A stretch of DNA of 64,000 bases from a virus (Duplodnaviria; Heunggongvirae; Uroviricota; Caudoviricetes). The stretch is taken from the IMG/VR virus record IMGVR_UViG_2925939204_000001. One strand, 5' to 3'. The translations under genes and the position numbers were made by a program. Positions 28,087 through 37,639 of the stretch are shown here, one piece after another. Position 1 is the stretch's first letter; every line of letters starts with the position of its first letter. The notes beneath the pieces are model-generated. The model was given only the letters and a program-made list of their open reading frames with translations. It had not been told where the DNA came from and ran no database searches.

Positions 28087-28393
28087 ACACTCTCCTTTCG
28101 AAATAAACGTACTGATTAATCATGCCCAGGGGCATTTCGAGTTTTTCCGCGATCTCACGGCGGGGAACACCACACTGATGAAGCTGCCGTGCCAGTTCTA
28201 TATCGCTCTGCCGGTATTTGGTTGACGGATGAAAGTCTCCTTTCAGAATCATGCTGATCCCCAGCTCCCGCGCTTTAGTCCTGACGGCATCACCGGTACG
28301 ACCGATCAGCTTCCCAATACTCTCTACCGTCATAGTTCCGGCGCACTGGCGGAGTATCATGATTTCTGCCCTTCCCCATCCCAGCCAGCTCAC
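28076..28393 (-). CDS. putative HTH DNA-binding protein (105 aa)
   Basis: HTH-like segment ESIGKLIGRTGDAVRTKARELG. Confidence 0.45.
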   Translation of the reverse strand: MSWLGWGRAEIMILRQCAGTMTVESIGKLIGRTGDAVRTKARELGISMILKGDFHPSTKYRQSDIELARQLHQCGVPRREIAEKLEMPLGMINQYVYFERRVYEV

Positions 28394-29001
28394 GCAGAAC
28401 TCCTTCTAACCAAAAGAACGCCATCTTCAGAAACAACGTTGCAGGACTTCAGGTAATTCATTGCCTCTTTCGGTAATGGATTCTTTGGATCGGCGTTTGC
28501 CAGGGATTTCGATAACCTCATGATAAATTTGATCATTACCTTCTGGCGGAGCTTGTGCTCATGAGATAAAGAAAGGTAATAGGAAATGGTATGGGCTAAA
28601 CGCTCACGAAGCTGTTCTGTGCCGTGATATACAGCAGCGATATCACGCAGTGCATTGACCAGTTCCCGGTAAATATGCGGAGCAACCTGGCATTCAATGT
28701 TGGTTGGTGACTCATAAATTACAGTCAGCCCCAGCTTTTCAGCCAGCGCGTGCTCTGCACGAGCACCAACCGAATCTTCCCATCGATTGAGCAAATAGAT
28801 CGCATCAGCAGAACGCACCATTGCCAGGCAAATATCCATGTATTCACTCTGACAAAGGCCACCAGGTAACACAGCTGGATTCAGAACGATATGCCCTTCA
28901 GCCATCAACTCGCTCGCTTTCGCATTAAACGCCGCACGGTTGTAATCTGGATAACCTGTCATCGGCCCCGCGATGTAAATTTTCAAAACACGTTTCACCA
29001 T
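28390..29001 (-). CDS. nucleoside 2-deoxyribosyltransferase-like (Rossmann-like) protein
   Basis: N-terminal KIYIAGPMTGYPDYNRAAF...VLNP pattern; start set at internal Met; first gene of the leftward operon. Confidence 0.45.
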   Translation of the reverse strand: MVKRVLKIYIAGPMTGYPDYNRAAFNAKASELMAEGHIVLNPAVLPGGLCQSEYMDICLAMVRSADAIYLLNRWEDSVGARAEHALAEKLGLTVIYESPTNIECQVAPHIYRELVNALRDIAAVYHGTEQLRERLAHTISYYLSLSHEHKLRQKVMIKFIMRLSKSLANADPKNPLPKEAMNYLKSCNVVSEDGVLLVRRSSA

Positions 29002-29193
29002 CAAAATTTCCCCAGAATCGTGACGCAAAACATAAGCACTGCGAAAAGCTCAATACCAAGCTCAAGTAGCGCCAACGCCCCGAAAACCAACACATAGAAC
29101 AGGCCAATCTCATTCACAGATGGCTGGTGGATCGCACTTAAAGCTATAAGCATCATGTCCTCCAAACATTTATCAGTGATGATATTAATGTTT

Positions 29194-29230
29194 TGTGTTA
29201 GAAAATCAATTTTGAATATCTAACAGTTTT
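29194..29230. promoter_or_regulatory. paired operator-like sites in the divergent promoter region between the pmg operon and ref
   Basis: TGTGTTAGAAAATCAAT and ATATCTAACAG copies of the recurring motif. Confidence 0.4.
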
Positions 29231-29273
29231 GATCAATCATAGAAAAATCGTTGAAAAGTAAGAGACTGCCATC

Positions 29274-29852
29274 ATGCAGAAACAGAGCTATTGGGAGAAA
29301 CAGAGACAAAAAGCCATGCAAAAATTGGCTGACTCAGCCTGGCGAGAGGAACAAAGGGCAAAGCGCCTTCAACAAGCTCAACGCCAGCAGCAGCGAGCGA
29401 GAGAAAAAGCCGCATCGCCTGAATATCGGCAAAAGAAAATTGAAAAAGCAAAGCAATATGAACAGCGGAGAAAAGATAAAGCTGTATCCGCTCCGTCCAA
29501 AAAAACACGCACGTCACGCGGCCTGAAAGGCAGATCACTCACAGCCGATGAACGCCGGATACAGACCGCTATCGGTGCTCTCCCCTGCATTGCCTGCCAT
29601 ATTCACGGGCAACATAGCCCAGTGGTATCCCTGCACCATATCTTCGGGAGAACGGCAGAGAACGCGCATAAATATGTCCTCCCTTTGTGTAAATGGCACC
29701 ACCAGTACGCAGCGCCAGCCGAGGTCAGAGAACAATATCCCTGGCTGGTCCCTGTTCATGCTGACGGAAAAATAGGCGGAAAAGCAGATTTCATGCGGCA
29801 CAATGCCGATGAAATGACGTTGTATCAGATGGCGATTGAGTTGATAAATTAG
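29274..29852 (+). CDS. ref: Ref-like HNH endonuclease (recombination enhancement function)
   Basis: Lys/Arg/Gln-rich N-terminal ~80 aa then Cys/His-rich HNH-like core CIACHIHGQHSPVVSLHHIF...CKWHH; architecture matches P1 Ref. Confidence 0.6.
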   Translation: MQKQSYWEKQRQKAMQKLADSAWREEQRAKRLQQAQRQQQRAREKAASPEYRQKKIEKAKQYEQRRKDKAVSAPSKKTRTSRGLKGRSLTADERRIQTAIGALPCIACHIHGQHSPVVSLHHIFGRTAENAHKYVLPLCKWHHQYAAPAEVREQYPWLVPVHADGKIGGKADFMRHNADEMTLYQMAIELIN

Positions 29853-29863
29853 TTTTCTAACAT
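29850..29863. promoter_or_regulatory. operator-like site TAGTTTTCTAACAT
   Basis: Copy of the recurring motif just downstream of ref. Confidence 0.4.
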
Positions 29864-30456
29864 TTTAAGTTGAATTGAAAAACTCTCCGATGTACATTCA
29901 CTACCGATTGGCACACCGGTCAACTTTTTGAGACAAACTGTTTAGTTTTTCGTATTATTGCCTCCGCCATACCTATGGCGGTGCAATATAGGTGGCTGAA
30001 AAGCCCCCGTTGACTCACGGTGTTCCAGCCTTTATTGCGCCGCCACCAGACCGTGGAACAGTCGATGGCGGCTCCGAAAGCAAGGAGTCACAACACTATG
30101 AACAACTACAGTCTTTTCCCATCACTCGTCGTCCACCACTCACGCGATAATCTGCATTCTTTACTCGCGCTGGGGGTGTCAAAATGACTGTTCGCTACCT
30201 CAACTTTCAAATCAAGAACATTACTGGCGGTTGCTATGACTGGTTTGTCACTCTCGGAAAAGAAGTGATCACCGGGAAGCTGGATGAAGTGAAAGCTAAA
30301 GCAATGGCCTACGCCTGCAAGCAAGCCCGGAAGAAATCCGCCAAAGCATAAAATACTGACTGTTGCGCCCTGGCATTATCGTGGGGTATATTTCTACGGC
30401 ACCTTAGAAAAACGGGTGCCGGGATTGGAACCCCGGATAATGCAAAAGGCGACACA

Positions 30457-30478
30457 GACGCCGAAAGCGTCTTTTTTT
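30457..30478 (+). terminator. Rho-independent terminator
   Basis: GACGCCGAAAGCGTC hairpin followed by TTTTTTT. Confidence 0.6.
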
Positions 30479-30479
30479 G

Positions 30480-30640
30480 TGTCATGCCATCGCACAGCCA
30501 TACGTAGCGTTTAGCTCAGAGATCAATGGTAGTGCTGGCTGGGCTGCCGAAAGGCAGGCCGGTTCCCTTTTGCGCCGGTAGTTCCAACCCAGTCAGTGCT
30601 ACCGCCATTGAGATTGGAACCTCACGCGGTAGCTCCTTAA
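30480..30640 (+). ncRNA. putative c4-like antisense RNA / immI leader region
   Basis: Non-coding leader upstream of an icd-ant pair with short mutually complementary elements (GTTCCAAC at ~30579 and TTGGAAC at ~30613) near the icd RBS; boundaries not determined. Confidence 0.3.
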
Positions 30641-30663
30641 ATTAGCAAAAGGAGGCTGCCATT

Positions 30664-30879
30664 ATGGCTACTACCCCTACCCCAACTCATTCTGAATTTA
30701 TCTGGCGTTTCTATTCCTGCCAAAAACACCTCTATATCTGCGTCATGGCTGCTACCGAAGCAGAAGCGCGCTCATACCTTCCCGAAGAACCCTGCATTTT
30801 TGCTGCTCGCTTCACTCTTGATGCGATGGAGATCCTCAATTACTGGAATCTGCCGATGAACTGCGTGGAGGTGCACTGA
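30664..30879 (+). CDS. Icd-like small protein (71 aa)
   Basis: Small ORF directly upstream of and coupled to the antirepressor gene; paralogue of 51308..51523. Confidence 0.5.
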   Translation: MATTPTPTHSEFIWRFYSCQKHLYICVMAATEAEARSYLPEEPCIFAARFTLDAMEILNYWNLPMNCVEVH

Positions 30880-31820
30880 TGAATCTGTCCATCTCTCAAA
30901 AAGCGACAATGACCAGTATTGAGATCGCGGAACTGGTAGGTAAGCGTCATGATAATGTGAAGCGTACCATTGAAGTATTAACTAAAGGTGGTGTCATTCA
31001 ATTTCCTCAAATTGAGGAAATTGAAAATAAACAATCAGTTGGCCCTCGTCGATTTTCCAAGGCTTACATCTTTGAAGGCGAACAAGGCAAGCGTGACAGT
31101 ATCATTGTCGTCGCACAGCTTTCTCCCGAATTTACCGCCCGGCTGGTGGACCGCTGGCGCGAACTGGAGAATGCCCGGGTACAGTTAAAATCAAAAGCCG
31201 AAATCCTGGCTGAAATGGCGCAAATGCATCTTGAGCATGAACGCCGGATCAACGCCGTAAATGCCCAGGTAGCCGAGGTATCAGCACAAGTATCGATGGT
31301 CGCTGAAACACTCGAGCAAATAAAGAAGGGCAATATTCCGGAAGGCTACATTGGCTACCGCCAGCTGGCTGCGAAATGTGGCCTGACTGAAGCCAAATGC
31401 CGAAACCTGGTCAACGCTTACCGGATTCCCACCGATACGCATGAGTTTTTAACTCCCGATGGTTTGCTTGCGCGACGCTCCATTGTGGCCCTGGCCCCCT
31501 TCCGGAAAGCCTTTAAGCAGGTGATGTCGGAGGCAGAACCACGCAATAAACGCTGGTATCATCCAAAGATGGGGATGTTTCAGGCAATCCACCATCCTGT
31601 GCCTGAAAGCCCAAAGGATAATCTGTCACTACATACCGCCAGAGAGAAGATCAGGACTGGATACGCAACAGTGTGTCGTCGTTCTTCCTGGCCTGAAGGT
31701 ATATGGGTGTGGCCCGAAGGTGGATCACGAAAGCACTGGCGCACCATCCGTGACGGGAAAATCCATGCTATTGATTTAGCTCCAGAGGATGTTATTGCTA
31801 TGGACTGGATTGTTAGTTAA
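30879..31820 (+). CDS. antirepressor-like protein (Rha-type N-terminal domain, shared Ant C-terminal domain)
   Basis: N-terminus TSIEIAELVGKRHDNVKRTIEVL resembles phage Rha regulatory domain; C-terminal ~210 aa near-identical to 51523..52521. Confidence 0.6.
   Translation: MNLSISQKATMTSIEIAELVGKRHDNVKRTIEVLTKGGVIQFPQIEEIENKQSVGPRRFSKAYIFEGEQGKRDSIIVVAQLSPEFTARLVDRWRELENARVQLKSKAEILAEMAQMHLEHERRINAVNAQVAEVSAQVSMVAETLEQIKKGNIPEGYIGYRQLAAKCGLTEAKCRNLVNAYRIPTDTHEFLTPDGLLARRSIVALAPFRKAFKQVMSEAEPRNKRWYHPKMGMFQAIHHPVPESPKDNLSLHTAREKIRTGYATVCRRSSWPEGIWVWPEGGSRKHWRTIRDGKIHAIDLAPEDVIAMDWIVS
31185..31820. repeat. ~635-bp direct repeat, copy 1 (partner at 51887..52521)
   Basis: Near-identical DNA across the 3' two-thirds of both ant genes. 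Confidence 0.85.
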
Positions 31821-31879
31821 ATGCTGCATCCCCGGCGACGCCGGGGATTTAACTGCCAAATAATCGGATTATCCGCACG

Positions 31880-32191
31880 ATGAAAAAAATAGATTTCACT
31901 TATTCTGCCGCCACACTTGAGCGGCGCTTCACCCTCATTAGAGAGTTGGAACTGTCAAAAGTCTGGTATCAAATCCTACTGGATGAAGAGTTTTCACTGA
32001 TGGTTATAGCAGAAAAATTGGCTATGCCTAATGACCGGCACAAGGTCATAGCCAGCCTCGATCTGGTGACAAACAGATACTGGGAAACAGAGGAACTACA
32101 TGAGGCGGGAGTAATTCGTGACCTGATGGAGAATTCCGTTCCCCGCCGCTATCGTGCAGGGAACGGCATCTCCGTGGTTAAAGGTGTTTAA
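31880..32191 (+). CDS. hypothetical protein (103 aa)
   Basis: Complete ORF after terminator hairpin CCCCGGCGACGCCGGGG. Confidence 0.45.
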   Translation: MKKIDFTYSAATLERRFTLIRELELSKVWYQILLDEEFSLMVIAEKLAMPNDRHKVIASLDLVTNRYWETEELHEAGVIRDLMENSVPRRYRAGNGISVVKGV

Positions 32192-32580
32192 AGCTCACCT
32201 GCGCGCTGTTTTTCAAGCACAGATTTAACATTTGGCGCTTTCCCTTTAAAAGAATGGAAAGTGCCACATTTTTCTGTTTTAACCTCGCGCAGAGCTTCGC
32301 CATCGGCGTTCTGCCATTGATGGGATAATGTCATATCACCGCGAGAAGGAACATCCAGCGAGTACAGCGTGTAAGTTCCCCCCATCTCCGCATACTCCTG
32401 GAACACATAGCTCATTACGTCAGATTCAGTTTTTCGGTGTGCGTTATCAACCTTATTCCCATTCAGAAATATGGCATCTGGATAGATTTTTATATCAAAC
32501 CTACCGCACTTAACTTGTAAATTTCCGGCGCTCGCGATCAAAGGGAAAGACGCCAGTAAAGCAATAGCCAATCTTTTCAA
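32188..32580 (-). CDS. secreted protein with N-terminal signal peptide (130 aa)
   Basis: MKRLAIALLASFPLIASA signal-peptide-like N-terminus. Confidence 0.5.
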   Translation of the reverse strand: MKRLAIALLASFPLIASAGNLQVKCGRFDIKIYPDAIFLNGNKVDNAHRKTESDVMSYVFQEYAEMGGTYTLYSLDVPSRGDMTLSHQWQNADGEALREVKTEKCGTFHSFKGKAPNVKSVLEKQRAGEL

Positions 32581-32600
32581 TTCTGCCTCCGCTGCGTAAC

Positions 32601-33224
32601 TTATTGCCCGTATTTTTTACACCATTGCTCTGCCATTTGTTTGGCTAAAGGCCCGGCTACTGCACTGTATTCTGCTGTTTTACTTTGCACACATGAAGCA
32701 GATGGTTTTTTATTTCGCTGCTCGGTTAGTTTGCGCTCATAAGCCATCATGCTATCGAACCCGGCAATATCACTTTGGCGAAGCATTCCCTTTTTAACCA
32801 AAAATTGCTGCCCCTCGGGCACCAGCGCAAGCATAAAAAGTGGTTGTAATAACTCACCTAATCCTTGCTGGCGATACACTTCGAATTGCTGCCATCCCTG
32901 ACTTAATCTGGAAAGAGTATCTTTGGTTGAATAACCTGTTTTTGTTATAGCTTTGTCCGTCAGATATGCTGTATATGCAAAAACGCAAAAGTCAGTTTTA
33001 CCAATAAACTGAGTTCCAACAGGCCGTAATGGAATGCCCTCTCTCTTGCAAAAGTCCATAATTGCCGCTTGTGAATGATCCCCACCAGCGTTATTCATAA
33101 CCTGCTGCCCTGCCCTGAATTGTGCAGGTAACGCAGTTGCATTGGCTGTATTAACAGATACGCATCCCAACATAGCCGCGAGCGCGGTCCCTAAAACCCT
33201 TAACTTCACTACACCGTCCTTCAT
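32601..33224 (-). CDS. secreted/periplasmic protein with signal peptide (207 aa)
   Basis: N-terminal hydrophobic region ending ...VNTANA. Confidence 0.5.
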   Translation of the reverse strand: MKDGVVKLRVLGTALAAMLGCVSVNTANATALPAQFRAGQQVMNNAGGDHSQAAIMDFCKREGIPLRPVGTQFIGKTDFCVFAYTAYLTDKAITKTGYSTKDTLSRLSQGWQQFEVYRQQGLGELLQPLFMLALVPEGQQFLVKKGMLRQSDIAGFDSMMAYERKLTEQRNKKPSASCVQSKTAEYSAVAGPLAKQMAEQWCKKYGQ

Positions 33225-33492
33225 GTAAACAAAATGAAGTTTTATGTTACAAAAACAATCAACTACATCAACATGATTTAGGCCAAATTTCGGTCAAAAA
33301 ATAAAATCCACAAAAAGTGGTTGACACTATTTTGGAAATCACAAACTGCACATAATCCATCGCGCTAACGGCTCCCGTTGAAGGTTCTTTTGACGATTAA
33401 CTTTCAGCCGAAGCGCGGTAGGGAGTCATAACGCCAAAGCAGGCCGCCATGTGCGGCCTTTTTTTGTATCCGTCATCCGTGGAGGAAGGACA

Positions 33493-34146
33493 ATGGAAAA
33501 GATCGCAATATTCAGCCTGACCACCAGCAAGCCTCAAATGCTCACTGCAATACTGAAAGACGGTGCTCTCATTATTAACGAAGTAAAACCCCTTCCCGCG
33601 TCAGCATTGGAGCAAAAGCAAAAAATTCCTCCAGCCATAGCAGCCCTGCGGAAAAGCAAATTTAAGGTACTGGTAGACGAAATTACGCCAACGATCTCCG
33701 CTGGCACCGGAGCAAGCCAGGTGACTCTCAAGACCCGTCATGCCGATGGCAGAGCAGCAATCATCGTCGGGATGGAAAGATACAGAGAGTTAAAACTCCA
33801 GAAGCTATTATCCCTGCCGCAAAATAACAAAGGTGCTTTCGAAATCCCCGACTCTATCGTTGATACCGAATACAACGGTAACGGAGAAGAAGTCTACAGG
33901 GTGAACTGGCAGGATATCAGGCCGGAGCATATTCTGATGATCCTGTGTTGCTACGCGACCGTATACCACAACGTTGCCAGTGCGGATTACGTAGAGCAGA
34001 TGACCGGTACAGTCGATAAAGAGCAAAAAACAGGCATACTCGCTTCGTTCCTTTCCATTATTGGGCATGAAAAAGTTAAAGCAGGCACCTCCCAGCCAAA
34101 GTCACTGGCTGGGAAAGAAGTTGATGAAGATACCGTGATACTTTGA
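33493..34146 (+). CDS. hypothetical protein
   Basis: ORF with GGAGGAAGG RBS before the ATG at 33493. Confidence 0.5.
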   Translation: MEKIAIFSLTTSKPQMLTAILKDGALIINEVKPLPASALEQKQKIPPAIAALRKSKFKVLVDEITPTISAGTGASQVTLKTRHADGRAAIIVGMERYRELKLQKLLSLPQNNKGAFEIPDSIVDTEYNGNGEEVYRVNWQDIRPEHILMILCCYATVYHNVASADYVEQMTGTVDKEQKTGILASFLSIIGHEKVKAGTSQPKSLAGKEVDEDTVIL

Positions 34147-34474
34147 TCACATTAGTAGCTTTGTTAACTCCCTCAATACCAGGTAGAAGAGTAACAAAAA
34201 TATTGACGCGAGTATTTGAGTGGTCAATGAAGCGTTCATAAACAGATCAATTAGCATTAATAATTCGAAGATAACATCCATGTCATTCACTCCGTTTAAT
34301 TTTTAATCTAATGCCAGCAAATGAAGCTGGCCCCCGCATAAAGATTAATGAAAGTCACTTGTCACCAGTGAGGGGATTTATGAACCACATCCCCCTGAAC
34401 TGGTGGCCTGTCTGTTTCTCGCATTTCACACCCTGCATACAGTTTCCCCCAGGTTATGACTGAGAGGCTTTGTT

Positions 34475-34804
34475 ATGGGCTATAGCAGACTCGACGATAG
34501 GTACATTGAAGACGATATTTTTCGTGCGCTGTTTCACCAGGAAATGATTAAGCGGGTATCGGAGTATCACTCTGATAATTTCCAGTACACGATAAAGATT
34601 GATGAAGTATATCGTTCAGACCTTGCAGCCTACAGGGCGTATGGCAATGCAGATTTGCGCTGGGTATTCCGGGTGCTGGTGGGCCATGAGTCAGAAATGG
34701 AAGAAATGCCCGCCGGGACCACGTTAACTCTTCCTGATGTGGCATGGCTGAGGAACAAGATCCGTGATTACGCGAGCGCGGAACCGGAGATAGAAAATGC
34801 CTGA
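34475..34804 (+). CDS. hypothetical protein (109 aa)
   Basis: Complete ORF, coupled to the next. Confidence 0.45.
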   Translation: MGYSRLDDRYIEDDIFRALFHQEMIKRVSEYHSDNFQYTIKIDEVYRSDLAAYRAYGNADLRWVFRVLVGHESEMEEMPAGTTLTLPDVAWLRNKIRDYASAEPEIENA

Positions 34805-35990
34805 TTTCCTGAAAAACCAGGACGGGCGCTATATCACTGACGGCCTGTCCTCTAAGGACTTCACGCGTTTATTCGAGCTTATCAGGAAAGAACAAACCCG
34901 TAAGCGCCGACAAGCTCACCGGACGCTGACGCCAGGTAGACTGAGGAACAAATCCGCCGAAGATATTCTCAAGTTAGGGAAGAAAAAAGGCGGCACGTTC
35001 TTCACGCGAGACGACCTGAAAGGTTTCGAAAAGCTACGGAGTAAAACGCGCGAAAAATATGACAGCAAGACGGCTGGCATCACATACGCCCAGCTGGTGG
35101 CATCCAGCCAGGCAATCGATATTAAGCGTGCAAATAACGCCGTGGATGACGGATCTGGTATCAAAAGAGCTACACCCGTATCTCTTCGCCACAACGTGAT
35201 TAATATCCGCGTAGAAGCATCGGATATATCCGTCCACCAGCACCATATCGTCCGGATACGCTTTGAAGAATGGGATCAGATGGTCGATAACATCGCAGAA
35301 GACGATAAATCAGCTCTGAAAATCACTAAATCACTGTGCGCCGGGCGGGTGTCTTTCGATTGTGACTGTGGTCGTCATCAATACTGGTATCGTTACATCG
35401 CTACTGCGGGTAACTTTGCCCTGGCCCCGCCAAAAGAATACGCCTATCCAAAAGTTCGCAACCCGAAGCTGCAAGGCGTCGCCTGTAAACACGTGATCCA
35501 CTCAATGACGCGGTTACAGTCCGCCAGTTGGCAAATGAGTATTGCTCGTGCGCTACAAAAGGCTGCAACGCAAATTGCATTTGGTGACGATCGCCGCCGT
35601 ACAACCAAACACTTCTCAAAAGAAGACGAGAAGGAGTTTAATCGCAATCGTAGCAGTAAAACGAACGTTGAAGCCGCCAAACGCGAATGGAGGCTCTATC
35701 AGAAGCGCCAGGCAGCTTTAAGTACAAAACTGGCAAAGGACAACGGCAAGATCGACAAACTACGTGACCAATTGACCAAGGCCAGAAAGTTGTCAGATGC
35801 ACAGAAAAAACGGGCGGCAGCAAAAGAAGCGGCCTTGCAACGTGAGAAACAGAAAAACAAGGAGCTTCAGCAACGCCTTGCCGATCAGTTCGCACTGAAG
35901 AAGCAGGCGTTCATTGATGCGCTTGTCATGGCTGGAACACCACCAGCACAAGCTGAAAAAATGTTCATGGAGTATGTAAAAAAAGCATAA
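34797..35990 (+). CDS. hypothetical protein with Lys/Arg/Glu-rich coiled-coil C-terminus (397 aa)
   Basis: Complete ORF; Cys/His cluster CDCGRHQYW...CKHVIH mid-protein. Confidence 0.55.
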   Translation: MPDFLKNQDGRYITDGLSSKDFTRLFELIRKEQTRKRRQAHRTLTPGRLRNKSAEDILKLGKKKGGTFFTRDDLKGFEKLRSKTREKYDSKTAGITYAQLVASSQAIDIKRANNAVDDGSGIKRATPVSLRHNVINIRVEASDISVHQHHIVRIRFEEWDQMVDNIAEDDKSALKITKSLCAGRVSFDCDCGRHQYWYRYIATAGNFALAPPKEYAYPKVRNPKLQGVACKHVIHSMTRLQSASWQMSIARALQKAATQIAFGDDRRRTTKHFSKEDEKEFNRNRSSKTNVEAAKREWRLYQKRQAALSTKLAKDNGKIDKLRDQLTKARKLSDAQKKRAAAKEAALQREKQKNKELQQRLADQFALKKQAFIDALVMAGTPPAQAEKMFMEYVKKA

Positions 35991-36023
35991 ACCACACATA
36001 GCCTAGCTGCCTAGGCTAGGCTT

Positions 36024-36752
36024 TCATCTTTTTGAAAAATCAATTTCCGTTTTATCAAATAAATTTGAAATATCAGCAACCAATTTATTAAAATCATGAT
36101 CGCCATTATAAAGCGAAGTCTTCTTTATTGCCATTACAAAATCATATAACTTTTCTGGGGAGTCAATACCAACCCCTCTACTTTTAAAAAGCTCAATGAT
36201 AACTCCAACATCATCATATAATAACTTTATTGCCGCCATAATCTCTTTTTGCTGCCTAAGCAATCTCTCAAGTTCATTTTTATTTTCATCCATAATTCTT
36301 TTGTTGAATTGTGTATCATTAATACTTTTTATTATTTCAGCCTCTTTTATTTGCAACGCCTTTCTTTTATTTTGATCCATGTCAGCATCCAAATACCTTA
36401 TCTCTGTGTATATTTTACTTGTTAGCTTTGATACGCAAAGAGTGACAATCGGAGCTGCAATTGATGCAATAATTCCAAAAATAAATGGCAAGAAAAAATG
36501 ATAAAACCAAGGAGACAAAACGCCTTCATAAACTAGAGGAATCTTACCTCCAACAAATGTTACAGATAAAGTATATAGGATATCATCCTTTGACTTCATC
36601 AATATTAGTATATCTTTCCAATTAATAATTAGAAAAGAAATTAATATATATGCAAACACTTTATTAAAAAGCTTGTCTTTTATGGCATCTCCAAAAGATA
36701 CTTTGATTAGATCATTTTCAGTCAATTTTTCTGTTGATGAATCTGTATTCAT
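36024..36752 (-). CDS. AT-rich membrane protein, candidate defence/abortive-infection effector
   Basis: 242 aa; two hydrophobic helices then coiled-coil region; gene visibly much more AT-rich than neighbours; last gene of a minus-strand cluster. Confidence 0.55.
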   Translation of the reverse strand: MNTDSSTEKLTENDLIKVSFGDAIKDKLFNKVFAYILISFLIINWKDILILMKSKDDILYTLSVTFVGGKIPLVYEGVLSPWFYHFFLPFIFGIIASIAAPIVTLCVSKLTSKIYTEIRYLDADMDQNKRKALQIKEAEIIKSINDTQFNKRIMDENKNELERLLRQQKEIMAAIKLLYDDVGVIIELFKSRGVGIDSPEKLYDFVMAIKKTSLYNGDHDFNKLVADISNLFDKTEIDFSKR

Positions 36753-36814
36753 ATAAACTACCGTGATTTCTAATATCTATTTTATGAAAATAGCTGTCAT
36801 CCAGACCGCCAAAC

Positions 36815-37174
36815 TCAAATACCAACCAAGCTTTCAAGAGGAATGCCAAACTGGGAATGTAAACGGCGAATCATAGGTAACGTCAAATTTCGTGTCCCAT
36901 TTAGCACTTCGTAAACACGATTTGACTTACCAATCGCCGGCTCCAGATCCTTCACGGTCAGCCCTTGCTGTTCCATACGGAATTTAATGGCCTCAATAGG
37001 TGATGGTGGCTCAATTGGGTAATGTTTTTTCTCGTACTCCTCAATGAGAAGACTCATAACCTCAAAGAAATCACCTTCCGGAGTATTCATTTCCGGTTCG
37101 TTATCGAACATCGGTTCGACCGCACGCAGTGCGGCCTCATAATCTTGTTCTGTACGGATAGGTTTAATGTTCAT
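36815..37174 (-). CDS. HigA-family HTH antitoxin-like protein (second copy, C-terminal HTH)
   Basis: C-terminal LTVKDLEPAIGKSNRVYEVLNGTRNLTLPMIRRLHSQFGIPLESL resembles E. coli HigA-type antitoxins; no cognate RelE-like toxin directly upstream. Confidence 0.65.
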   Translation of the reverse strand: MNIKPIRTEQDYEAALRAVEPMFDNEPEMNTPEGDFFEVMSLLIEEYEKKHYPIEPPSPIEAIKFRMEQQGLTVKDLEPAIGKSNRVYEVLNGTRNLTLPMIRRLHSQFGIPLESLVGI

Positions 37175-37230
37175 TAATTACAAAGGAAAGCCCACTTGCT
37201 AAGTGGGCTTTTTGTATGTGTTTTACTATA

Positions 37231-37569
37231 TCAGGCTGCTTTTTTATTCAGGTTCCGCTGAGAAATAAATTTTTCAGCAGTATTGATACGACTTAACTCT
37301 TCCTGGACGCGCATATCATTTTCGACTTCCCACAGATCTACTGCGGTCTGAAGATTAATCCAAAAATCTACAGAAGTATCGAATGCTTTTGCCAGGCGAT
37401 ATGCCATATCCATCGTTAGCTTACGATTGTTATTAACAAGAGCGCTTACGGTGTTACGATGAACATGAAGTATTTCTGCTAACTCGTTGATCTTCAGCTC
37501 TAACGGCTCCAGGTATTCGTACAGCAGGATATCACCTACGGTCGTCGGTTTTCTGGTTGCCTGTTTCAT
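37231..37569 (-). CDS. higA: HigA antitoxin (XRE-family HTH)
   Basis: TVGDILLYEYLEPLELKINELAEILHVHRNTVSALVNNNRKLT; immediately downstream of the higB-type toxin gene. Confidence 0.75.
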   Translation of the reverse strand: MKQATRKPTTVGDILLYEYLEPLELKINELAEILHVHRNTVSALVNNNRKLTMDMAYRLAKAFDTSVDFWINLQTAVDLWEVENDMRVQEELSRINTAEKFISQRNLNKKAA

Positions 37570-37639
37570 TTTTTGCCCTTACTAGCGTGCGTATTAAGTG
37601 GACTCTGGTCAGAACCCGGTCCGTAACCGGGTATCTGTT

